A stretch of DNA of 64,000 nt from Candidatus Methylomirabilia bacterium (GCA_041497895.1 JBGQHJ010000003.1:13012-77011); one strand, 5' to 3'. Shown: positions 1 to 10,426, counted from the stretch's first letter. The notes: generated from the sequence alone by a model not told the origin. A program made the numbers and translations.

Positions 1-410
1 TCGAGGCTGCTGAGCGTGTAGGTGTTCCGGTAGCCCGCCGCCTTCGCCATCGCCGCGAAGTCCACCCCCTGCCCGCCCGGCGTCTCCTGCGAACCCGAGG
101 TGTGGTAGACCCCATTCTTGAAGAGCAGGTGCGTGAAGTTGCGCGGCGCCGCGCCCGCGATGGTGGCGAGCGAGCCGAGCTGCATGAGCAGCGAGCCGTC
201 GCCGTCGAAGACGATCACGCGCCGGTCCGGGGCGCCCAGGGCCAGGCCGAGCCCCATCGCGGAGGCGCCGCCCATGAACCCCACGCAGCCCACCGAGAGA
301 TCGTCGGGGGCGAGCTTGCGCCAGGCCGGGGCGGTGGTCATGGTGGGCACGCAGATGGCGGTGCCGCGGGCGGCCGCGATCAGCTCGAGGACCTCCTCCG
401 GCTTCATCAT
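1..410 (-). CDS. TPP-dependent decarboxylase beta (PP-binding) subunit, sulfopyruvate/phosphonopyruvate decarboxylase-like; C-terminus off window
   Basis: Hand translation from ATG 408-410 (minus): MMKPEEVLELIAAARGTAICVPTMTTAPAWRKLAPDDLSVGCVGFMGGASAMGLGLALGAPDRRVIVFDGDGSLLMQ. Contains the GDG thiamine-diphosphate motif. ATGA overlap with the upstream subunit gene. Confidence 0.6.
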   Translation of the reverse strand, partial: MMKPEEVLELIAAARGTAICVPTMTTAPAWRKLAPDDLSVGCVGFMGGASAMGLGLALGAPDRRVIVFDGDGSLLMQLGSLATIAGAAPRNFTHLLFKNGVYHTSGSQETPGGQGVDFAAMAKAAGYRNTYTLSSL

Positions 411-949
411 CACGCGGTCTCCAGGCCGACGAGCACCGCGGCCGGCCCCTGCCGCTCGCGGCTCTTGCGGTAGTACTCGGGGATCAGCTTCACGTCGTCC
501 GGGCCTTCCATGCGGGCGTGGGGGATGCCGAACACGTCGAGCAGCGGCTCGGCGAAGCGGACCATCGAGTGGCGCGAGTCCTTCGGATCCTTGTCCTTCT
601 CGCGGCTCAGGAGCCCGATCATGTAGAAGATCGGGACCTTGCCGTCCATCGAGATGCCGCGGATCGTGTTCACGCTCGCGTAGAGCCCGGCGTGCTGGAT
701 CATCACGATCACCGGCTCGCCGGTCATGTAGAGCCCGGCGGCCACCGCGTTGGCGTCGTCCTCGGTCGAGCACGTCAGCACCCGCAGGCTCCGCTCCTTG
801 TCGAGCGCGGCCAGCACGCTCTTCTGGTGCGTGTCGGGCACGCTGATGATCCAGCCGAGCGGATCCTGGCGCTTCCCGCTGCGGCGCTCCGCCTGGAAGA
901 TCTCCTTGAACGCGTCGATGATGAGAGAGGACGGGACCGATTCGGGCAT
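410..949 (-). CDS. TPP-dependent decarboxylase alpha (PYR-domain) subunit
   Basis: Internal Met (MPESVPSSLIIDAF...) of track ORF 410..1108, preceded by GGAGGAG RBS. TPP-enzyme N-terminal domain-like sequence (VPDTHQKSVL..STEDDANAVAAGLYMTGEPVIVMIQHAGL). Confidence 0.6.
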   Translation of the reverse strand: MPESVPSSLIIDAFKEIFQAERRSGKRQDPLGWIISVPDTHQKSVLAALDKERSLRVLTCSTEDDANAVAAGLYMTGEPVIVMIQHAGLYASVNTIRGISMDGKVPIFYMIGLLSREKDKDPKDSRHSMVRFAEPLLDVFGIPHARMEGPDDVKLIPEYYRKSRERQGPAAVLVGLETA

Positions 950-1095
950 TGGGCTCCTCCTGGGAATGCGCGGCTCCCCCGCGGGACCAGCGGAGAGTCT
1001 GCCACAGGACGCGGGCCTCGCGAAAGCGCTACGTGAGACCCCGGGGCCGGCGACGGGCCGCTGGTGCGGCGTGTTACGCTGCGTGTACCGCTCCG

Positions 1096-1422
1096 ATGAC
1101 CTCCTCACCGCCGCTGCCGGATCTTCTCCTGGAGCAGGACGGGCGTCACCCGTTCTGGCTACGCGTGATCTTCCTGGTCGCGGCGCTCGTGTGCCTCGCG
1201 GCCGGGATGGTCGGCTGGCTCATCCCGGTCGTCAGCGGCATCCCGTTCTACGTCGCGGGCCTCGTGTTCCTGGGCCTGGCCAGCGACCGGACGCGCCGCT
1301 TCATCAATCGCCTGGAGCGACGACTCGCCGAGAGCACGCGGCGGAAGGTTCGGCGGCTGCTCGCCAAGGTGCCCGGCGCCTGGCTGCGCCGCCTCGTCCA
1401 CATTCCGGACGAGATCGACTGA
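1096..1422 (+). CDS. small membrane protein (two predicted TM helices), unknown function
   Basis: Internal Met of ORF 949..1422. Hydrophobic stretches FWLRVIFLVAALVCLAAGMVGWLIPVVSGIPFYVAGLVFLGL followed by a basic tail. Confidence 0.5.
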   Translation: MTSSPPLPDLLLEQDGRHPFWLRVIFLVAALVCLAAGMVGWLIPVVSGIPFYVAGLVFLGLASDRTRRFINRLERRLAESTRRKVRRLLAKVPGAWLRRLVHIPDEID

Positions 1423-1433
1423 CCCGGATCATC

Positions 1434-1439
1434 TAGAAT
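1434..1439 (+). promoter_or_regulatory. putative -10 box TAGAAT, 6 nt upstream of ATG 1446 (leaderless mRNA implied)
   Basis: Sequence catcTAGAATagcggcATG with no Shine-Dalgarno. The same hexamer and geometry recur at 8289-8294 and 53256-53261. Confidence 0.35.
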
Positions 1440-1445
1440 AGCGGC

Positions 1446-2510
1446 ATGCTCCCTCGACTCGGCCGGGCGGCCGCCCTCGCGGGGCTGCTCGTCCTGCCGG
1501 TCCCCGCCTGGGCGGCCGATACCCTGGCCACGGAAGAGGGGCAGACCCTCGACGTCCGCCACCTCTCGCCCGAGCAGCGCCGCCGGCTCCTCGCCGGAGA
1601 CACCATCGCCTACCAGGTGCTCGAGACCAGCGAGACCGAGCTCGGCGCGGGGGTGGCCATGTACCTGGCGGTGCCGCTCGCCCGCGCGTCCGAGGTGCTC
1701 ACGAGCCCCGACGTCGTCCTGAAGGACCCGAGCATCACCGCATGGGGCCTCATTCCGGCCCGGGCCACCGCGGCGGCCCTCCAGGGCTTCAAGCTCGCGA
1801 GCGGCGAGATGAGCGAGGCCCGGGAGGTACTCGAGGCGGAGGCCGGCCTTCGCTTCAACTTCACCCTCGCCGAGAGCGAGGCGTTTCGCGCCGCCAAATC
1901 CGCCCCCCGCTGCTGCGACCGCGCGGCTGCGCTCGAGACGGCGGCCGCCCAGTGGCGGATGCTCCTTCTCCAGCGCGCGCAGGCCTTCCAGGCGCGCGGC
2001 CTCGACGGCGCCGCGCCCTACGCGCGGCGCGGGGGCGCCAGCGACCCGGCCGCGCTTCTGCGCGTGGCCGCGGGCGACGCGCGCGTCGTGGCTCCCTTCG
2101 CGCCGAGCCTCGGCGAGGCGTTACTGCGTTACCCGGCCGATCAGAGCCCCACCTCGATCAGCCAGATCTACTGGGTGAAGCGCCAGGTGCAGGGCCGGCC
2201 CACGCCGATCCTGATCCACCACCTGGTCGACGTGACCCCCGCGCTCGCGCTCTACGTGGAGCGGCAGTTCTACGTCGGACACACCTACAACGCGAGCCAG
2301 ATCCTCTGCGCCGCGGTGCCCTACGAGGACGGCGTGGTGATCCTGTCGAGCAACCGGGTCTCCACCGACCAGGTGGCGGGCTTCGGCGGCGACATGAAGC
2401 GCATGATCGGGCGGCGGCAGCTCCGGGCCGAGATCGTCAAGCGCTTCGACCGGATTCGCGCCGCGCTGGCGCGCCCGACGGCACCGCCCGAGCGCGTGGA
2501 GAGCCCCTAG
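1446..2510 (+). CDS. exported hypothetical protein
   Basis: Track ORF of 354 aa. N-terminal signal peptide MLPRLGRAAALAGLLVLPVPAWA-AD. No domain recognised. Confidence 0.6.
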   Translation: MLPRLGRAAALAGLLVLPVPAWAADTLATEEGQTLDVRHLSPEQRRRLLAGDTIAYQVLETSETELGAGVAMYLAVPLARASEVLTSPDVVLKDPSITAWGLIPARATAAALQGFKLASGEMSEAREVLEAEAGLRFNFTLAESEAFRAAKSAPRCCDRAAALETAAAQWRMLLLQRAQAFQARGLDGAAPYARRGGASDPAALLRVAAGDARVVAPFAPSLGEALLRYPADQSPTSISQIYWVKRQVQGRPTPILIHHLVDVTPALALYVERQFYVGHTYNASQILCAAVPYEDGVVILSSNRVSTDQVAGFGGDMKRMIGRRQLRAEIVKRFDRIRAALARPTAPPERVESP

Positions 2511-2511
2511 C

Positions 2512-3311
2512 CTAGTCGCCCAGCACGCGCCGGCGCAGCAGACGCAGGTCGAGCGGCACCAGGATCGCCAGCATGAGCGCCGACAGGCCGACCACGCCGG
2601 CCAGGTGACCCGCCACCGGCCCGCCGATCAGGATGCCGCGGAAAGCCTGGGCCAGGTGATAGAGCGGGTTGCCCGCGTTCAGCGCGACCAGCACCGGATG
2701 CTCGAGCGGGAAGTAGGTCGACGAGAGCAGCCCCATCGGCAGCACGAGCAGGAACACCGGCAGGTTCATGTGGTCGATCGTCGGCACGATGGCGGTGAAG
2801 CAGAGACCGAGGGCCGCGAAGGCGCAGCCCGCCACGAACGCGATGGGCCACAGCACCGGGAGCCATCGCAGATCGAGCGAGAGCAGCCCGGTCCACTGGA
2901 TCACGACCAGCACCGCCGACACGATGACCACGTACATGGTCGCGAGCAGACCCGCCCACAGCACCTCGCCCCACACCACGTGCGTCAGCTCGATCTGGGT
3001 CGTGAGCTGGCCCTCCCACGTGCGCTGATAGCGCATCCGGATGAAGGCCCCGAACAGCGACTGGAAGAGCGCGGTCATGAAGGTGGCGTAGGCGAGCAGG
3101 CCCGGCGCCACGTAGGTCATGTACTCGATCGGATGGCCCTGCCACGTGAGGGTCGCCACGTAGCCGCCGAGCCCCACCCCGAAGGCCACCAGCATGGTCA
3201 CCGGCTCCACCGCGGGGGGCAGGAACGCGGTGTACCAGTTCCGCATGTAGACGCGCAGGTGACGCCCCACCACCGCGCGGCTCTGCCACTCGAGGGCCGA
3301 GACGAGCCACC

Positions 3312-3315
<4 letters not shown>
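2512..3315 (-). CDS. ABC-2 type transporter permease
   Basis: Internal Met (MRWLVSALEWQSRAVVGRHLRVYMRNWY...) of ORF 2512..3693. Multi-TM ABC-2 permease-like sequence. ATGA overlap with the upstream ATPase gene. Confidence 0.75.
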
Positions 3316-4214
<899 letters not shown>

Positions 4215-4222
4215 AGCGTCCT

Positions 4223-4228
4223 AGTCTA
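4223..4228 (-). promoter_or_regulatory. putative -10 box TAGACT, 8 nt upstream of ATG 4214
   Basis: Minus strand reads ccggTAGACTaggacgctATG with no SD. Confidence 0.3.
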
Positions 4229-4299
4229 CCGGACTTGACAAGCCCCGGCCGCGGGAGTCAGTGTCTCGGCGTCCCAGGCCGCGCCCAGGAGACAGCCCG

Positions 4300-4761
4300 A
4301 TGAAGAGCAAGCGCCCGCGGAAGCCGGCCCGCTCCAAGCGCCCCGCGTCGAAGCGACGTCCCGCGCCCGCGCGGAGCCCGCGCGATCCGCTCCTGGCGCC
4401 CATGGCCGGCGCCTCTCACCGTGTGGTGGGCGGCGTCACCATCGACATCATGGAGGCGGCCAACGGGCGCGTGAAGCGCGTCTGCTACCCGCCCGGCTTC
4501 CGCTGGTCCACCCACATGAAGCCGATCGTGAAGACGGCGCTCTGCATGCACGCCCACGTGGGCTTCCTCGCCCGCGGCCACGTGCGCGGCACCTACGCGG
4601 ACGGCTGCGCGTTCGACGTGGCCGCGCCGCGCGCGGTCGTGCTCGACCCGGGCCACGACGCGTGGGTCGTCGGCCGGGAGCCCGCGGTGCTCATCGAGTT
4701 CGACGCGCTCAACCGCACCGCCGAGCGCTTCGGCCTGCCGCCCACCCACCAGCACGTCTGA
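4300..4761 (+). CDS. cupin-like protein with Lys/Arg/Pro-rich N-terminal tail
   Basis: ATG 4300 preceded by GGAGA. 13 of the first 28 residues are K/R. The remainder resembles a small cupin barrel. Start is uncertain (alternatives GTG 4261 and the internal Met MAGASH). Confidence 0.55.
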   Translation: MKSKRPRKPARSKRPASKRRPAPARSPRDPLLAPMAGASHRVVGGVTIDIMEAANGRVKRVCYPPGFRWSTHMKPIVKTALCMHAHVGFLARGHVRGTYADGCAFDVAAPRAVVLDPGHDAWVVGREPAVLIEFDALNRTAERFGLPPTHQHV

Positions 4762-4785
4762 CCCGATCCGGAGACGACAGAGACC

Positions 4786-5877
4786 ATGGCTTCCGAGCTC
4801 GACGACAAGTTCCAGACCCTGCACGAGATCGTCCGCGCCGCCCGCATGAACCTGGCCCCCGGGCCGTGGGACTACATGGTGGGCGGCACCGAGACCGAGA
4901 CGACGCTCCGGCGCAACCGCCTCGGCATCGACAGCCTGGCCTTCCGGCCGCGCGTGCTCCGCGACGTCTCGCGCATCGACACCGGCGTCACCTTCTTCGG
5001 CCGGCGCCTGCGCATCCCGGTGATGATGGCGCCGGTCGGCTCCATCGAGACCTTCACCCCGGGCGGCGGCGCCACCGCGGCCAAGGCCTCGGCCGCGTTC
5101 GGCGTGCCCCAGATGCTGAGCTCGGCCTGCAACCCGGGCCTCGAGGCCACCGCGGCCGCCGCCGACAACTTCCGCATCTTCCAGCTCTACGTGCGGGGCG
5201 ACGACGCCTTCGTCGACGACCACGTCAAGCGCGCGAAGGACCACGGCTACCCGGTCTTCTGCATGACGGTGGACACCGCGATGTACAGCCGCCGGGAGCG
5301 CGACCTCGCCCGACGCTTCGTGAAGCCGTGGCGCGTGCGCGCGACCGGGCAGGAGTTCCAGGCCGCGCTCTCGTGGGACAACGTCAAGCGCTTCAAGGAC
5401 CGTCACGACCTCCCGCTGATCTTGAAGGGCATCGCCACCGGCGAGGACGCGGCCATCGCCTGCGACCTGGGGGTGGACGGCGTCTACGTCTCCAACCACG
5501 GCGGCCGGCAGCTCGACCACGGCCGCGGCTCGATCGAGGTGCTGCCGGAGGTGGTGAAGGCGGTGGCCGGTCGCTCCACCGTGATCGTGGACGGCGGCTT
5601 CATGCGCGGCACCGACGTGGTGAAGGCCATCGCGCTCGGCGCGCAGGTCGTGGGCCTGGGCCGCCTCACCTGCCTCGGCCTCGCCGCCGCGGGCGAGGCG
5701 GGCCTGGTGCGCGCGCTCGAGCTGCTGGAGGACGAGATCCGCATCGCGATGGGCCTGCTCGGCGTGCACAGCCTGGACATGCTGGACGCCTCGTACCTGC
5801 ACCCGGCCACCCCGGTCACCGTCCCGCACGTCACCAGCGCGTTCCCGCTGCTGGATCTCGACGACCGGCGCTACTAG
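4786..5877 (+). CDS. FMN-dependent alpha-hydroxy acid oxidase/dehydrogenase (glycolate/lactate/mandelate oxidase family)
   Basis: Family-typical segments: MAPVG, PLILKGI, GVDGVYVSNHGGRQLD, VIVDGGFMRGTDVVKAIALGA. Confidence 0.85.
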   Translation: MASELDDKFQTLHEIVRAARMNLAPGPWDYMVGGTETETTLRRNRLGIDSLAFRPRVLRDVSRIDTGVTFFGRRLRIPVMMAPVGSIETFTPGGGATAAKASAAFGVPQMLSSACNPGLEATAAAADNFRIFQLYVRGDDAFVDDHVKRAKDHGYPVFCMTVDTAMYSRRERDLARRFVKPWRVRATGQEFQAALSWDNVKRFKDRHDLPLILKGIATGEDAAIACDLGVDGVYVSNHGGRQLDHGRGSIEVLPEVVKAVAGRSTVIVDGGFMRGTDVVKAIALGAQVVGLGRLTCLGLAAAGEAGLVRALELLEDEIRIAMGLLGVHSLDMLDASYLHPATPVTVPHVTSAFPLLDLDDRRY

Positions 5878-5887
5878 GCCCGCTCCC

Positions 5888-7474
5888 GTGCTCGACCTCA
5901 AGATCACGGGCGGGCAGCTCATCGACGGCACCGGCGCGCCCGCGCGCCGCGGCGACGTGGGGGTGAGCGGCGACGCCATCACCGCGGTCGGCGATCTCTC
6001 CCGCGAGCCGGCCGGGCGCACCATCGACGCGAGCGGGCGCACCGTCACCCCCGGCTTCATCGATATGCACTCGCACTCCGACTGGCGCCTCTGGGACAAC
6101 CGGCGCGCCGAGTCGAAGATCCGCCAGGGCGTCACCACCGAGGTGGTCGGCAACTGCGGCTTCTCCCCCGCCCCGGTCTCCGATCAGTTCCGCGCCGAGA
6201 TGAAGGGCTTCGCCCTCTACCTGCCGGCCGGGATGGACTTCTCGTGGAAGTCGGTCCGCGAATTCCTCGCGCGCTACGAGGGTGAGGGCATCGCGCTCAA
6301 CGTGGCGCAGCTGATCGGCCACGGCACGCTGCGCCTGGCCGCGATGGGCTTCGCGCGCCGGCCGCCCACCGCGGCGGAGCAGGCCACGATGGAGCGGATG
6401 ATGGACGAGGCGATGGCCGACGGGGCCTACGGCCTCGCCACCGGCCTCATCTACGCGCCCGGCTCCTACGCGGCCACCGAGGAGATCATCGGCATCGCCC
6501 GCCGCACCGGCGGCCGCCGCGGCTTCTACGCGAGCCACATCCGCGGCGAGGGCGCGACGCTGCTCGACGCGGTGGCCGAGGCCATCCGCGTCGGTCGCGA
6601 GGGCGGGCTGCCCACCCAGGTGAGCCACGTCAAGGCCGCGGGCCGGCCGAACTGGGGCAAGGTGGCGGATGCGCTCGCCCTCATCGACGCGGCGCGCGCC
6701 CAGGGCCAGGACGTGACGGGCGACGTCTACCCCTACACCGCCTCCAGCACCACGCTACGCACGCTGCTGCCCGACTGGGTGCTCGAAGGCGGCATCGACG
6801 CGATGCTGAAGCGCCTGGCCGAGCCGGGCACGCGCGACCGCATCCGCGCCGAGCTGACCGGCGGCGGCGAGACGCTGCTCCGCGGGCTCGACTGGTCCGA
6901 CATCATGGTGGCCTACTCGCCGTCGCGCCCGGACGCGCAGGGCCGCCGCATCGCGGAGATCGCGGCCGCGCGCCGGCAGGACCCGCTGGACGCCGCCATC
7001 GAGCTGATCGTCGCCGAGCAGGGCAAGGGCTACATGATCCTCTTCCAGCTCGACGAGGCCGATCTGCGGCGGGCGCTCGTGCATCCGCACGTCATGGTGG
7101 GCTCAGACGGCTCGTCCCTCGCCGCCGACGGCCCCCTCGCGGTCGGCAAGCCGCACCCGCGCAGTTACGGTACGTTCGCGCGCGTGCTCGGCCGCTACGC
7201 GCGCGACGAGCGCGTGCTGTCGCTCGAGACCGCGGTGTGGAAGATGACCGGCCTCCCCGCGCGCCGGCTCGCGCTACCGGACCGCGGAGTGGTGGCGGTC
7301 GGCGCCAAGGCCGACCTCGTGGTATTCGACCCCGCGACCGTGGCCGACCGCGCCACCTACGAGGACCCGCACCAGTACGCGGCTGGCATCGGCGACGTCG
7401 TCGTGAACGGACGCCTCGTCATCGCGGGCGGCCAGCACACCGGCGCCCTACCCGGCCGCGTCCTTCGGCCCTAA
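5888..7474 (+). CDS. D-aminoacylase (N-acyl-D-amino-acid deacylase family amidohydrolase)
   Basis: LIDGTGAP..GDVGV.GD.I..VG, TPGFIDMHSHSD, TTEVVGNCG, ASHIRGEG, YPYTASST. Confidence 0.85.
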   Translation: MLDLKITGGQLIDGTGAPARRGDVGVSGDAITAVGDLSREPAGRTIDASGRTVTPGFIDMHSHSDWRLWDNRRAESKIRQGVTTEVVGNCGFSPAPVSDQFRAEMKGFALYLPAGMDFSWKSVREFLARYEGEGIALNVAQLIGHGTLRLAAMGFARRPPTAAEQATMERMMDEAMADGAYGLATGLIYAPGSYAATEEIIGIARRTGGRRGFYASHIRGEGATLLDAVAEAIRVGREGGLPTQVSHVKAAGRPNWGKVADALALIDAARAQGQDVTGDVYPYTASSTTLRTLLPDWVLEGGIDAMLKRLAEPGTRDRIRAELTGGGETLLRGLDWSDIMVAYSPSRPDAQGRRIAEIAAARRQDPLDAAIELIVAEQGKGYMILFQLDEADLRRALVHPHVMVGSDGSSLAADGPLAVGKPHPRSYGTFARVLGRYARDERVLSLETAVWKMTGLPARRLALPDRGVVAVGAKADLVVFDPATVADRATYEDPHQYAAGIGDVVVNGRLVIAGGQHTGALPGRVLRP

Positions 7475-7598
7475 GAGCGAGCCGACCAAATCTGTTCATG
7501 ATCGACCTACCGCCGGAGACGTGATGAGCGCGCAGGTGAGGTGAACACACTCCGGGCAACGACCCGACGTCGTGTCCTCGCAGCCGCAGTCAATTCCC

Positions 7599-8282
7599 TT
7601 ACTTCCTCGTCGAGGACGGGGTCTCGGAGCCGCCGCCCGTCGCGGAGCCCCGTTTGCGCCGGCGGACGGTCCTCACCTTGCCGCTACTTCCTCCTCCGCA
7701 GAAGAACAGATCGCCGCCATCGGACTCGAGCCCCGAGAGGCCCACTCCGGGCGGCATCTCGAGCCTCTCCAGAACCTCTCCCGTCCGAGGATCGACTCGC
7801 CGCAACTCGCTCTCGTCACCTTCCCAGGTGCCGTGCCACAGCTCTCCGTCGACCCAGGTGACCCCGGTGACGAAGCGGTTGGACTCGATCGTGCGAAGAA
7901 CCGACCCGGTCTGGGGATCGATTTGATAGATCTTCCGGTCCCGATACTGCCCCACCCAGAGCGTTCCTTCGGCCCACGTGAGCCCCGAGTCACCACCGCC
8001 GCCGGGGGCCGGGATCGTGGCGAGCACCCTGCCGGTCTTCGGGTCGATCTTCTGGATGCGATCCTCGGCGAGCTGAAACAGGTGCTGGCCGTCGAAGGCT
8101 GTTCCTGCATGCGCGGCGACCTCGATCGAGCGAAGCGTCTTCCCGCTAGCAGGATCGAAGGCGTTCAGCCGGTCTCCAGACGCAAACCAGACGTTCTGAC
8201 CGTCATACGTGACTCCATGCACGCGGTCGGCACCCGGAAAGGGCCCATACTCACGGACGATCTCGGCGGTTGATCGACCCAT
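7599..8282 (-). CDS. beta-propeller repeat protein, glutamine cyclotransferase-like
   Basis: Repeated units of the form G.LW / ..IDP.TG.V.. (QKIDPKTGRVL, YQIDPQTGSVL, RRVDPRTGEVL). Basic C-terminal tail. Confidence 0.5.
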   Translation of the reverse strand: MGRSTAEIVREYGPFPGADRVHGVTYDGQNVWFASGDRLNAFDPASGKTLRSIEVAAHAGTAFDGQHLFQLAEDRIQKIDPKTGRVLATIPAPGGGGDSGLTWAEGTLWVGQYRDRKIYQIDPQTGSVLRTIESNRFVTGVTWVDGELWHGTWEGDESELRRVDPRTGEVLERLEMPPGVGLSGLESDGGDLFFCGGGSSGKVRTVRRRKRGSATGGGSETPSSTRK

Positions 8283-8288
8283 GCGTTT

Positions 8289-8294
8289 ATTCTA
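8289..8294 (-). promoter_or_regulatory. putative -10 box TAGAAT, 6 nt upstream of ATG 8282, overlapping the TAG stop of the upstream regulator gene
   Basis: Minus strand reads gacTAGAATaaacgcATG. Confidence 0.3.
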
Positions 8295-9512
8295 GTCGGT
8301 CGCCAGAGGCGGGGGGAGTAACAAGGTGGTCGTGAATCCCGGCACGGGAGGGGTCACCCAACGACGAGCTCGCCCGCGACCGAACGACTGCACCTTGCCC
8401 GCCGCCTCGAGCGAGTCGAGCGCCCGCTGCACCGTGCGCTGGCTCGTCCCCAGCGCCAGAGCAAGGGCCGAGCTCGACCACGATTCCCCGTCGCCGAGAA
8501 AGGCGAGCACCCACGCATGCTCCTCCTCGACGGGCGGGGCCAGCACGACCACCTCGCGTGCGCGGCGCGGCCTCAGCGCGAAACCTCGCTTCGTCGCGCT
8601 CACGTCCGCCAGCGTCCGAAGCACCGCGCGAAGCCGCCCGACTTCGACCCGCAACCGCGCCCGATACGATTCATCGGCGAGCTTCGATCCGAATGCCCGC
8701 GCAACGAGCGCGTCCCTCGGAGCGTCTCCTGGCCACGCTTCGCTCAGCGCGCGTGCGAGCGCGAAGAGCACCGGACGCCTTGCGAGCGAGACCACCGTGC
8801 CGGCACGGCGCACGACGCGACGGCACGCGTCCACGACGAATGCCCTCGACCCCAGCACCGCTTCGACCTCCTCGAGCAGGAGGGCTCGCTCCCCGCCCCT
8901 CGCAATCAGGCGCGCCGCGGGCGTGCTCAGAACGAGGTATGCGCTCTCCACCTCCGCGGTCAGCGCCGGGATGCGTGCGTGGTGCGCTGCGCGCTTGGCC
9001 CGAGCGAGCGCGGCGCGCGCCACCTCCGTTCTGAGGCGTCGAATCGCGATCCCCGCGACCACCAGCTCGTGGGCGGTCCTCGACGCGGGAGGGAGAGGCG
9101 CGGGGTCGAGCTCGGCGAGCGCACGCTCGGCTTCGTCGATGCGCCCGATCAGGAGGAGACGCCGGACCTCGAGATACCGTGCGTGCGCGGCGTTTACCCG
9201 GTCGCCGTGCGCTTCGAGCGTCGCCCGCGCCGCGTCGAGCGCCTTCGCAGGCCAGCCGAGGTCGCGCGAGACGAGCGCGATCTCGGCCTCGGCGACGACG
9301 CACCTCGCGCGGGCCACGGCCTCTTTCGGACCGAAGGCACGCGCAGCACGTCGCAGGAGGGCCTTCGCCCGAGCGAGATCGCCGAGCTGCGCCATCGCAA
9401 TGCCTCGAAGCGCGAGCGCAGGCGCGTCGTCGCGCAGGGCGACCCGCTTCAATGCGCCGAGGGGATCACCCGCCGCCAGCGCACGCGCCGCCGCCGTGAT
9501 CAGCGAGTCCAT
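8292..9512 (-). CDS. putative transcriptional regulator (TPR-like N-terminus, winged-helix-like middle, C-terminal HTH)
   Basis: Ala/Leu-rich helical repeats. The C-terminus SSSALALALGTSQRTVQRALDSLEAAGKV looks like an HTH. Confidence 0.5.
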   Translation of the reverse strand: MDSLITAAARALAAGDPLGALKRVALRDDAPALALRGIAMAQLGDLARAKALLRRAARAFGPKEAVARARCVVAEAEIALVSRDLGWPAKALDAARATLEAHGDRVNAAHARYLEVRRLLLIGRIDEAERALAELDPAPLPPASRTAHELVVAGIAIRRLRTEVARAALARAKRAAHHARIPALTAEVESAYLVLSTPAARLIARGGERALLLEEVEAVLGSRAFVVDACRRVVRRAGTVVSLARRPVLFALARALSEAWPGDAPRDALVARAFGSKLADESYRARLRVEVGRLRAVLRTLADVSATKRGFALRPRRAREVVVLAPPVEEEHAWVLAFLGDGESWSSSALALALGTSQRTVQRALDSLEAAGKVQSFGRGRARRWVTPPVPGFTTTLLLPPPLATD

Positions 9513-9634
9513 CGGAATCCCGTCACACTTGTAACTCCCACCGTTCGATACCTGGCGCTAAATCTATCTCATGACCAGCAACGAGCGATAGCCGGCCCAC
9601 GGATGAAGGACACCCGCAGAAGGAGAGACAAGCG

Positions 9635-10426
9635 ATGACGAAGCACAGAACCGGGACACGTCGGGAGTGGCTCGCAGCGCGGCTCGAGCTGCTCGAAACG
9701 GAGAAGGAACTCACGCGGCGCAGCGACGAGCTGGCGCGGCGGCGGCAGGAGCTGCCGTGGGTCCGGATCGACCAGGAGTATCGATTCGAGACCGACGAGG
9801 GGCGCGCCTCGCTGGCAGACCTCTTCCGGGGGCGCTCGCAGCTCCTCGTCTACCACTTCATGTTCGGGCCCGACTACACGGCGGGGTGCCCGTCCTGCTC
9901 GGCGATCGCGGACGGGTTCGACGGCTTCGCCGTCCACCTGGCCAACCACGACGTCACGCTTTCGGCGGTGTCGCGGGCGCCTCTCGCGAAACTGCAGACG
10001 TACAAGCGGCGGATGGGATGGACGTTCCCCTGGGCGTCCTCGCTCGGCGGCGACTTCAACATCGACTTCAACGTCCGGTTCACCGAGGAGCAACAGCGCG
10101 CGGGGGGCATCGAATACAACTACCGGCGCGAGGCGGCGTGGAGTGTGCGGTTGACCTCGGGCGGGCTGAGCCGGGACGCGGGCGGCGACGGGCCGGTCGC
10201 CGAGATGGCGGCCATGACCGGAACCGACGTGGCCACGTACACGCGCGAGAGGCCGGGCATGAGCGCGTTCGTGCTCGAGGACGGCATCGTCTACCACGCC
10301 TATTCCACCTATGCGCGCGGGCTGGACGGCCTCTGGGGCATGTACCAGTGGCTCGACCGCGCCCCCAAGGGGCGTAACGAGACGGGCGTCTGGTGGCGCC
10401 GCCACGACGAGTACGACAAGCGCTGA
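9635..10426 (+). CDS. DUF899 family thioredoxin-like protein
   Basis: REWLAARLELLETEKELTRRSDELARRRQELPWV, LLVYHFMFGPDYTAGCPSCS, GWTFPWASS. AAGGAGAG RBS. Confidence 0.8.
   Translation: MTKHRTGTRREWLAARLELLETEKELTRRSDELARRRQELPWVRIDQEYRFETDEGRASLADLFRGRSQLLVYHFMFGPDYTAGCPSCSAIADGFDGFAVHLANHDVTLSAVSRAPLAKLQTYKRRMGWTFPWASSLGGDFNIDFNVRFTEEQQRAGGIEYNYRREAAWSVRLTSGGLSRDAGGDGPVAEMAAMTGTDVATYTRERPGMSAFVLEDGIVYHAYSTYARGLDGLWGMYQWLDRAPKGRNETGVWWRRHDEYDKR

Noticed and set aside
4258-6153. 631-aa minus-strand ORF
   Set aside because: It is antisense to the cupin, the alpha-hydroxy-acid oxidase and the D-aminoacylase start. It has no recognisable motifs and is a high-GC artefact.
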